The translations under genes were made by a program, and so were the position numbers. A stretch of DNA of 64,000 nucleotides. It comes from a virus. Of this stretch, positions 56,306 through 64,000 are shown one piece after another. Positions within the stretch are counted from its first letter, which is position 1; each line of letters starts with the position of its first letter. The stretch lies in the IMG/VR virus record IMGVR_UViG_3300040770_000293, positions 20,449 through 84,448 of that record. The stretch is one strand, 5' to 3'. The notes beneath the pieces are model-generated. The model made no database searches, was not told the origin of the DNA, and worked only from the letters and a program-made list of their open reading frames with translations.

Positions 56306-59188
56306 TTACTGTAAATTTTTAACTAGTTTAGTATAATAAGGAGAGTTTTCTCCTGTAGATTGTTTACTCTTAGCTTGTGCTTGAAATATGTCTTTAACCA
56401 TGTCTGCGTAGTAAACTTGAGGAGCGTTATCAATAACTGTTTTATAATTATCTACATCAGCTACGTTATTAACAATTTTTTTATAAATTGTTTCATTATT
56501 ATCGTTTTTCATAGTGAGTGTTAAATAGTAAGAGTTATCTACATCTTGAGTAACTTCTCCATTAATTGTAAAATCATTTGAATTATCTATAGCTCTATTT
56601 AAAACTTTGAATTCTTCACTGTCTTTTCCAAAAGTGCTTACTACTCCTTGACCTAAAAAAGCTTTTGTATCTACATTTGTTAAATAAGGTACAAATTGAG
56701 GTTGATTTTTTAATAGTACTTTAGCGTTCCATCTTAAATTTTCTTCTCTAGTTTCTTCAGTAAAAAACTTAACTTTTTCTGATATTAAATCCTCTTTTTT
56801 AACTCTATCTATTGTGTAGTGAGCTTGATTTGCATCGAAGTTAAGCTTTTTTGCTAAATCTGGCATATTTGCATTAAAAGTTTCAATATCTAAAGTTGAA
56901 GATGCTGAAACTATTGTTCCCTCTTTACTTTTAGAGTACTGAGAAATTATTACATTCTTACCTGTTGAATCTAATTTTATATTCATAGGATTGGCTTCGT
57001 TAAAAGCTCCTTGAGGATTAGTTACAAACTCGCTAGCAGATAAAGATTTTAATCTTTGGTAATTTACTTTATCAGTTGGTACTACTCCCACAGATTGATT
57101 TTGAGGTAATTTTCCAAATAATTTACCTATTGAACTTTTATAAGTTTCTGAGTTTTTATAATCACTTCCTTTTATAAATTTTGATATTGTATTATCATCT
57201 CCACTTAAAGAATTATCAGACCAACTGACAGTATCATATACTTTATTATCTCTTGCTTTTATTAAATATTGCCCTGTTTTTGTATTTGGATTTATTTTAC
57301 TAGATGTTGTAGTTGTTCCTGGAGCTCCTATTACAGATCCAGCCCCTGTAGATGCAGTAGTGTAAGTTGTAACAACATCATCTGGATTTTCATTAAACAT
57401 TCTAGCTAACTTAGATACACTGTCTTTTTTTAAATTGTTTGAAAGAGCATCATCTGCATAATAAGATTGTTGAAGTGCCTTTAATACGCTTGCTGTTTTT
57501 GCTTGGGTAATGTCTCCAATTTTATTGCCTTGTCTATCCATTAAGCCGTTATTGATTAAAACATCTCTAACACTAAATGCACCCTCTTTTCCACTCTTTC
57601 CTACCCATAACATTTTTGTATTAGGATTGTTAAAAAATGCAGAGAATGTTTCTTGATTGTTTAAAGTTTTATTTACATGCTCTACAGTTCCTTTTTTAAT
57701 AGCTTCTGCTCTTCCTATTAAGTAAGTGTCTCTTTTTCCTGAAATTTCTTTTATATCAGCCCTGTAGTTCTTATTATCTAGTATTGCAATATTACTATTT
57801 GTTGATACTTTCGATAACACTGCATTTTGAAAAGCTTCTTCTTCACTTTTTCCTGCTTTTATATTTTTTTGATATTCTGCTATAACTACTTTAGCTTCTG
57901 GGTTACCTTGTCCTGCTAAATCTTCTATTTTTGATTTATATGGCGTAGTTACAGCTTTTAAGTTTTCGCTTAAAGTACTTATTGTTTTATCTATCTCTAA
58001 CTCTTGGTCAATATTTTCTTCTCCTACAGTGGGGACTTTACCTGATATAAACTCTCCTGCTCCTGATATAAGTCCTTTATCTTTGTTTTTTGTATATTCA
58101 AACTTTTCAAGTTCTAACTCTTGAGATGCTTCTGCTCTCATATCAGCCCTTTTCTTCCAGAATATATCGTCCGCTTTATACTCAGTACTTTGAGTATACA
58201 GAGGGGCAAACTTAGCTACAGACTTATCTAAAAAATTTTCTTGCTCTAAGTATGTTGCTGCAGACACTTTATTTGACATAAGTACATCTTTATTTTTTTT
58301 AAAGCTAGATACTTGGGCACTTAAATCATCTTTTTCTTTATTTTTCTTTTCTTTTTGAGATTCTGTTAACCCTCCCTTTTTAAGATCTGCTTCAATTTCG
58401 AGGATACTTTGAGAGTTTGACTCTATTCTTGAATCCATTAATGACCCTACTTCTCTACTTATTTTTTCTCCGTCTTGGTATCCTCCTGTATTTGAATAGC
58501 CATTTATTTCAATCTGTTTTAAATCATTAACGTCAAGCATTCCGTAGGCTACTTGTCTAAGTTGATTTGGAGAGAGTCCACTTATTGTTACTTCTTGAAT
58601 ACCTCCCTGATTATCTCTATACTGAACTTTCTCATCTTTCTTTTTAGCCTCTAAATCTAATACAAAATCACTGACTTTTTTATCAATATCTTTATATGGA
58701 GTATAACTTAAATTTCCCATAGTATCTGTTTTACCTTCTATCCAATCTTGATAGCCAGCTTTATACATACCATAGTTATAATTTATGTCAGAATATAATC
58801 CTTTTTCTTTCTCTTTTATAGCACTAACTTCAGAGTTATATTTTGAAACTTTACTACTTTGAGATACTGCATTTATAACTGTTGAATCTAAAGCTGATTT
58901 TATTTGACTTTGAATGTTTCTAGTTACCCCTGATTTAGATAAATCTAATTTACCGCTGTTATTAACTACATCTAATAAACTCTTAACATTGTTAGCTAAA
59001 TACTCTCTATCTTTGTCCCTTAAAAGCATTCCATCAATACGTCCTAGTTCTCCTAGAGCAGAGTCAATTGCAGCAACTCCTTGGTCAAATTTTCCTTGTT
59101 TTGCCGAAAGTACTGTATTGACCAAATTAATGTTAACAGGGTCGATTATTTTATTATATTGTTGCTTTTCTGATAGAAAGTTTGCCAT
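56306..59188 (-). CDS. Large putative internal virion protein (960 aa)
   Basis: Cys-free, helical; context. Confidence 0.55.
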   Translation of the reverse strand: MANFLSEKQQYNKIIDPVNINLVNTVLSAKQGKFDQGVAAIDSALGELGRIDGMLLRDKDREYLANNVKSLLDVVNNSGKLDLSKSGVTRNIQSQIKSALDSTVINAVSQSSKVSKYNSEVSAIKEKEKGLYSDINYNYGMYKAGYQDWIEGKTDTMGNLSYTPYKDIDKKVSDFVLDLEAKKKDEKVQYRDNQGGIQEVTISGLSPNQLRQVAYGMLDVNDLKQIEINGYSNTGGYQDGEKISREVGSLMDSRIESNSQSILEIEADLKKGGLTESQKEKKNKEKDDLSAQVSSFKKNKDVLMSNKVSAATYLEQENFLDKSVAKFAPLYTQSTEYKADDIFWKKRADMRAEASQELELEKFEYTKNKDKGLISGAGEFISGKVPTVGEENIDQELEIDKTISTLSENLKAVTTPYKSKIEDLAGQGNPEAKVVIAEYQKNIKAGKSEEEAFQNAVLSKVSTNSNIAILDNKNYRADIKEISGKRDTYLIGRAEAIKKGTVEHVNKTLNNQETFSAFFNNPNTKMLWVGKSGKEGAFSVRDVLINNGLMDRQGNKIGDITQAKTASVLKALQQSYYADDALSNNLKKDSVSKLARMFNENPDDVVTTYTTASTGAGSVIGAPGTTTTSSKINPNTKTGQYLIKARDNKVYDTVSWSDNSLSGDDNTISKFIKGSDYKNSETYKSSIGKLFGKLPQNQSVGVVPTDKVNYQRLKSLSASEFVTNPQGAFNEANPMNIKLDSTGKNVIISQYSKSKEGTIVSASSTLDIETFNANMPDLAKKLNFDANQAHYTIDRVKKEDLISEKVKFFTEETREENLRWNAKVLLKNQPQFVPYLTNVDTKAFLGQGVVSTFGKDSEEFKVLNRAIDNSNDFTINGEVTQDVDNSYYLTLTMKNDNNETIYKKIVNNVADVDNYKTVIDNAPQVYYADMVKDIFQAQAKSKQSTGENSPYYTKLVKNLQ

Positions 59189-59209
59189 TTCTTTGAGTTA
59201 TTTAAATGC

Positions 59210-59233
59210 AAAAATACCACATTTCTGTGGTAT
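59210..59233 (-). terminator. Probable intrinsic terminator
   Basis: ATACCACA/TGTGGTAT stem followed by T-tract on - strand. Confidence 0.6.
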
Positions 59234-59257
59234 ATAAAAATTGCTTAAATTGAGAGA

Positions 59258-62209
59258 TTATATTTTACCTCCAAATCTTTTTTTAGTTGTTTTCTTCTTT
59301 GTATTTGTTAGAGGAATACCATTTGGTGCATAGTTAAATTTTGGCGCTCCTTGTGTTTGTTCTACACTACTTCCATTATAACCGTAGTTTTCATACATTT
59401 GATTTAACAAGTTTGTATTATTTACTGCATTATAATTTGCCAAATCAATCGCCTGCAATTGGTTATAGTAGCCTCTTCTATCTGCATCAGTTGTTGCTTT
59501 AGCTCTCATAATTTTATTCTCATAACTTTGTAAGTCTACTCCTCTTGCATTCTCTTCTTGAGCTTGAGTTTGAGCGTTAAATTGTTGAGCTTGATTGTCC
59601 GCTACTAAATTTGTTCTATTTACGTCAGAATATACTTTTGCTAAGTTCTCTTGAGTTATAGCTGATAAATTAGCTAAAGCTCCTGCTCTTTGAGATTCAG
59701 GTAATTGATTTATTTGCTCCATAGCTTGAGCCTCTTGTCCTTTAATTGCTCCTAATTGTTGTTCTGGAGAAAATTGCATAGGGTCTACTCTATCATACCT
59801 TCTAGTGATTTTTAAAGCTCCTTCTAAGCTATCAGGCATCATAGGCGATTGGTTTGGAAGCGTCATAAGATTTAAACTCTTTCTTGTATCTTCTTGCTGA
59901 TCTTTAATTTTACCTACTTCTGTATTTTCTGTTGTTGGTGACTTTTCAGGTTCTTTATAAAAGTTTGGTAATTGTGGAGCAGATATTTGTTGAATATTTG
60001 CACCTACTGCTTTTAAATCTGTTGGTAACACTGGGAATCTATAAGCTCCTAAATTATCATTAAATTGCTCTAACCAAAATCCTTGAGGTGTTGTTCCTGT
60101 CTCTACTAAAGCTGTTTTTAATTTATCTGTTTCTTCTTGTGAGTATTCTGAATCTTTTTTATTTAATGGTATGTTTAAAGACTTAAATAAATCGGGTCTA
60201 GACTGTTTTAACATAGTTACCCCTTTTGCTGTCATTCTTGCACTTTTAGCGTAAGCTTCTGTCTCTTCAGGTTTGTTGCTCCTCATATAAGCTTGCAACT
60301 CTCCCCAAGATTTATCTATATTTGATTCTTTACCTGTAAGATTACCTTCATATCCCGAAAATCTGGCTTGTTGTAGAAATCCTAAATATCTTTGTTTCTT
60401 ATCTTCATTTGTCCAATTTTCTCCATAAGGTTTTGATGTTCCTCCTATCTGGAATTGTTCTTGTGAACTTTCTTCCGCAGGTTTTGAAGCCTCTTGTCTT
60501 TGAAACACATCATCCATTAGGGCTTTTCTAGCTTCTAATAATGGTGATTTTTCTTGTTCTAATTCAGATAATTTTTCTGAGAGAAACATTTTATTAAGAT
60601 TATTTGTAGATTCAGATATACTACTTCCTTGAACAGATTCCTCTGATTTTTTCAATTGCTCTATAACTTTTTCTTGCTCGTCAACAATTTTTTGTAAACC
60701 TGATTTTTTTGTAAATCTATCTAGTACTTTTGCATAAGTGTCAGTAGCTTTTACTTCTAAGTCAAAATTTTCTTTATAGTGTTTTGCATTTACTCCGCCT
60801 AGTTTTAAGTGGTCAGATACTATGCGTGTTCCTCCTTCTAAATTTACTTTTGTGCCATTTTTCTCATGAGTTTCCCCTAGTGCACGTGTAATTTCACCAT
60901 CAGGTGATTGTAAGTATTCATCTTTTTCAACTTCGGCGTTTATAGTAGGGTCATTCTCATCTAAGGGGGTTGTGTATTCCCCCGTAAGCTTTTTTGCGAA
61001 TTCGCCTCCCTTCTGAAACTGCTGTTCCTGTTGAGGTTGTTGTAAAGATTGAGCCATTTGTTGAATAGCTTGTTGCTGTTCTTCTGGAGACATTTGTTGT
61101 AATTGTTCCATTATAGCTTGAGGGTCTTGTTGAGCCATTTGAGCATACATTTGAATTATTTGCATAACTTGGTCTTGAACTGCTTGTCCTCCTTCTTGAA
61201 ATTCTGCTACTCTAGTATCTCTATTCTGAAATTTATTATATTCAGGGGTCATCTTGTAATTCTCCCATTGCTTATAAGGAACTGTTGTGTAATCTCTACC
61301 TTCTATAGCTTCTTGTTTACCTACGTACCATTCTGGCTTTTGATTTCTCCAGACTTTTCTATCTGTAAACTGTCCGTCTGAAGTAATGTCCAACACGTTT
61401 GTGTTTTGTATTTTTGGTTGAGAATTAACTGTTTGTGTTGGTGGTGTAAGTTCTGTTGAAAAATAAGCTTTGGCAAACTCCTCATCAAATTGTAAGCCTA
61501 ATCCTTGTAAGTTCTTATTAACTTGTTTTACATCATTATTGTTAAGATCTATATTACCTGTCTTGTTATAATTGTACCCTCCCTTTTGCATAAAGTCAAT
61601 CATTCCTCCGTCTTCTAGGGACATTGTTCTTGGAGTCATTGATTTGTTTACTTTATCATTATATTCATTCATAATATATTTTTCTCTATTTCCTGCAGCA
61701 TATGCTCCCACTCCTGTTCTAGCTATTCCTAAAGCTCCAGAAGCAATACCTAGAATACCTTGAGCTGTATTTCCTTTACCTAATTGATTAGCTCCATAAG
61801 CAAGTCTTGATTCTATATCAACCCCACCATAATTGTTCATAAATTGTTGTGGTTGCGTTGTATCTTCACTAATTGTATTGTTTGAAGAGGACTGCTCTTG
61901 GTTTTGTTTTAGTATGTCTGATGGAACTTCGTTCAAGTTGCCTACAGCGTTTGGACTATAGCTAAAACCATTCATGCCCATTTGTGGTAATGGATTGTTG
62001 TTAGCCCAATTTTCTCCATAATTTAAACTGTTTGGGTCTAATTTATTTTCTTGAGCTTGTAAGTTCATAGGAGATTGTTTAAATCCTAGTGTAGATGATA
62101 AAGTGGTTTGTGTTCCCATTTGATACATAGGTAGATTAGCCATTTTATCACTTACCCAACTTTCTCCTCCTTTTTTATATGCAGGTTTTCTATTTAGTTT
62201 TTTTTTCAT
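59258..62209 (-). CDS. Putative internal virion polyprotein (983 aa) with repeated xxxGG motifs
   Basis: YKKGG, YQMGT, LEDGG, MQKGG, FQEGG, FQKGG, FQIGG, RFGG; Gln-rich segment. Confidence 0.55.
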   Translation of the reverse strand: MKKKLNRKPAYKKGGESWVSDKMANLPMYQMGTQTTLSSTLGFKQSPMNLQAQENKLDPNSLNYGENWANNNPLPQMGMNGFSYSPNAVGNLNEVPSDILKQNQEQSSSNNTISEDTTQPQQFMNNYGGVDIESRLAYGANQLGKGNTAQGILGIASGALGIARTGVGAYAAGNREKYIMNEYNDKVNKSMTPRTMSLEDGGMIDFMQKGGYNYNKTGNIDLNNNDVKQVNKNLQGLGLQFDEEFAKAYFSTELTPPTQTVNSQPKIQNTNVLDITSDGQFTDRKVWRNQKPEWYVGKQEAIEGRDYTTVPYKQWENYKMTPEYNKFQNRDTRVAEFQEGGQAVQDQVMQIIQMYAQMAQQDPQAIMEQLQQMSPEEQQQAIQQMAQSLQQPQQEQQFQKGGEFAKKLTGEYTTPLDENDPTINAEVEKDEYLQSPDGEITRALGETHEKNGTKVNLEGGTRIVSDHLKLGGVNAKHYKENFDLEVKATDTYAKVLDRFTKKSGLQKIVDEQEKVIEQLKKSEESVQGSSISESTNNLNKMFLSEKLSELEQEKSPLLEARKALMDDVFQRQEASKPAEESSQEQFQIGGTSKPYGENWTNEDKKQRYLGFLQQARFSGYEGNLTGKESNIDKSWGELQAYMRSNKPEETEAYAKSARMTAKGVTMLKQSRPDLFKSLNIPLNKKDSEYSQEETDKLKTALVETGTTPQGFWLEQFNDNLGAYRFPVLPTDLKAVGANIQQISAPQLPNFYKEPEKSPTTENTEVGKIKDQQEDTRKSLNLMTLPNQSPMMPDSLEGALKITRRYDRVDPMQFSPEQQLGAIKGQEAQAMEQINQLPESQRAGALANLSAITQENLAKVYSDVNRTNLVADNQAQQFNAQTQAQEENARGVDLQSYENKIMRAKATTDADRRGYYNQLQAIDLANYNAVNNTNLLNQMYENYGYNGSSVEQTQGAPKFNYAPNGIPLTNTKKKTTKKRFGGKI

Positions 62210-62211
62210 AA

Positions 62212-63999
62212 TTATTTTGAAAATCTTTTTGTTTTTATTCTCGATTTTGTTTGTGGGATTTCAAGTACATTTTGAGTATTTGGAAAGAAGTACTCTTTTT
62301 CAGGTTTCATTAAAATTTGTTGACCTGTTTCTTGTGATATTCCTAATATATCATGAGGAATATTTTTCATTGTTATTGATCCATTAGTAGGTACAATAAC
62401 CTCTTGATTTTGGTATTCGTACATTCCTTGTGAGCTTATTGGTATTGCCCCACCATCTTCTTTACGGTTTATCTTTCTCTCCTGTTTCAACATTTCTTTT
62501 GTTGGCTTTTTGCCTGAACCTCTGTTGGCTCTTATGTTTTTCCAGAGTGAGTTTTTTTCTCCTCCGTTTTTAAATTCTTCTTGCTGTGTTGCTAAATATG
62601 ATGCTCCTGCTATTGGAACTATTGATTTGTATATATTAGGATTTGTCATGTCAAACATTCCGTTGTTTCCCCAAACAGACTTTAGATAGTTATTAGGTTT
62701 ATGATTAAAAATAATTTCTTCTTTTATAAGCCCTGCGTCATCGACATTTTTTATTTTAGCGTAGGCAATATCATTTTTCTCTACGTATTTTGCAATATCA
62801 TCGGTACTAACTCTTGATTTACTACTTATATCTTGAACGTTTTCTGGTAATAATTTTTTATCAATATTTCTCCAATTGCTATTTTGTGCGTCAAGTAGGA
62901 AACTATTTTCACTTTTTGGATAGTAAAGCTCGTGCAAACCTCTTCTATATTTTTCTGATGCGCTTTTGAAAATTTTTTCTGGCGCATAACTTTTTTTAAT
63001 ACTTTCTTCATCTCCTGTAAAAACAGCTCCTTTTGTATTATCTTCATTTAATCTTCCCTTATAAGATTTTTGAGACCAACTCCCTCTATATGTTTTATCA
63101 ACCCCTCTAGGAAAAGCTTTTTTAAAGTTTTCACTATTCTGCTGTACAAATTGTTCGGGAGTTCCTTGAAACTTTGAACCATCAGGATTTTTCATCCAAG
63201 TTTTATTTGCTTTAGAAGTTTGTTCTATTGCATTATACTCTTGCATTAATTGGGGATTATCTGGAATTTCTTTATTCCATTGACTCCAATTTATTTCTGA
63301 TTTAAAAGTATCTGTGTCTGAAATACCTATTTTTCCTAATCCTAAAACTGTATTATCTCCTTGTTGTGTTGGCATTTTTTTATAACCTTGTAGCCAATCT
63401 TTTTTGTATGTTGTAATATTAGGATCATTTATAGATAAAGGTTCTTTAGACACTCTAACAGAAGTGTTTTCAGTTGTTAGCTTTCTTGTTCTGCCGTTTA
63501 ATTTAGGAATGAACATTTCTTCTGGTAAATTAGCTTCAAATAAATAAGGTAAGTCTTTATTATCTTTATAGTATAAAGAACTTTTATTATAATAAGCGTC
63601 ATCTCCAAACGACCTATTTAAATTAATAATTCCCTCCCCTTGAGTCATATCTACATCTTGTTTTCCTCTTATTATACCACTTTCTAATCCTTCATTATAA
63701 GTTGTATTATCAACTTGTCTATAAAATTTATCTGCAGAAGGTTTGAAGGCTTTAGGATTTAACTTATAAGCATTAGGTAAGTATTTATTACCTAAATTAT
63801 TTACTAAATCCCCTGTTCCTGCTAAAGGATTTGCCAAGTTATTTACAAATTGTCCTGTTGTTTGTGTACCTAACCCTGCTAAAGCTCCTACTGTTAATGG
63901 AGCTCCAATTGATGTTACATAAGGTAATACAGAATCTGATTGTTCTGCTTGTAAAGGAGCTTGTCCTAAATTACTTGCCATACTTCCTATCATTACAGC
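62212..63999 (-). CDS. 5'-truncated polyvalent virion protein with ART-like domain(s)
   Basis: Frame open to window edge; GTPEQFVQQNS...YRG...VFT...NVDD...EEIIF...KSVWGNNGMFD. Confidence 0.6.
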   Translation of the reverse strand, partial: AVMIGSMASNLGQAPLQAEQSDSVLPYVTSIGAPLTVGALAGLGTQTTGQFVNNLANPLAGTGDLVNNLGNKYLPNAYKLNPKAFKPSADKFYRQVDNTTYNEGLESGIIRGKQDVDMTQGEGIINLNRSFGDDAYYNKSSLYYKDNKDLPYLFEANLPEEMFIPKLNGRTRKLTTENTSVRVSKEPLSINDPNITTYKKDWLQGYKKMPTQQGDNTVLGLGKIGISDTDTFKSEINWSQWNKEIPDNPQLMQEYNAIEQTSKANKTWMKNPDGSKFQGTPEQFVQQNSENFKKAFPRGVDKTYRGSWSQKSYKGRLNEDNTKGAVFTGDEESIKKSYAPEKIFKSASEKYRRGLHELYYPKSENSFLLDAQNSNWRNIDKKLLPENVQDISSKSRVSTDDIAKYVEKNDIAYAKIKNVDDAGLIKEEIIFNHKPNNYLKSVWGNNGMFDMTNPNIYKSIVPIAGASYLATQQEEFKNGGEKNSLWKNIRANRGSGKKPTKEMLKQERKINRKEDGGAIPISSQGMYEYQNQEVIVPTNGSITMKNIPHDILGISQETGQQILMKPEKEYFFPNTQNVLEIPQTKSRIKTKRFSK

Positions 64000-64000
64000 G

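Noticed and set aside
34713-59188. Virion RNA polymerase (crAss/N4-like) among the giant ORFs
   Set aside because: No DxDGD/DFDID catalytic motif seen; promoters are of the host sigma-A type.
3300-63047. Nested and antisense ORFs in the track (e.g. 3300, 8446, 8561, 18277, 19567, 20588, 25289, 27236, 33272, 39639, 40868, 45391, 47869, 53706, 58914, 61103, 62826)
   Set aside because: Shadows of well-supported genes in other frames or strands, lacking leaders and motifs.
1-64000. Genome-wide stop-codon reassignment
   Set aside because: All large genes are open in code 11, and TAA, TAG and TGA all end genes; only three isolated TAA interruptions were seen.
1-64000. CRISPR array, tRNA genes, DGR/retron, integrase
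   Set aside because: No regularly spaced repeats, T-arm motifs, reverse transcriptase or recombinase motifs seen.

Overview
A 64 kb piece of an AT-rich, apparently lytic tailed dsDNA phage of a Bacteroidota host, probably Flavobacteriaceae. Eleven promoters match the Bacteroidota sigma-A pattern nTTG-N20-TAnnTTTG. The left arm (1-31.7 kb, + strand) carries nucleotide metabolism and replication genes (class Id-like NrdB/NrdA, ThyA, MazG-like protein, C5-MTase, DnaB-like helicase, Tyr762 PolA, VirE_N-like protein). It also holds an RNA-repair triad (ligase, phosphoesterase, kinase), homing endonucleases and many small accessory ORFs. The right arm (31.7-64 kb, - strand) carries a small-gene cluster and very large putative virion/ejection proteins with embedded ADP-ribosyltransferase-like and GNAT domains, split by a GC-richer tail-like module. 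The most unusual signal: these seven large proteins (7,367 aa) contain only six cysteines, all at termini and ordered as a head-to-tail chain. Other oddities are structured RNAs flanking an HNH gene, three small genes with single in-frame TAA stops, a tail gene with ATC where ATG is expected, and a dispersed T-tract-GCG-A-tract motif. No tRNA, CRISPR array, integrase or virion RNA polymerase was recognised. Family assignments come from motif recognition by eye, not database searches.
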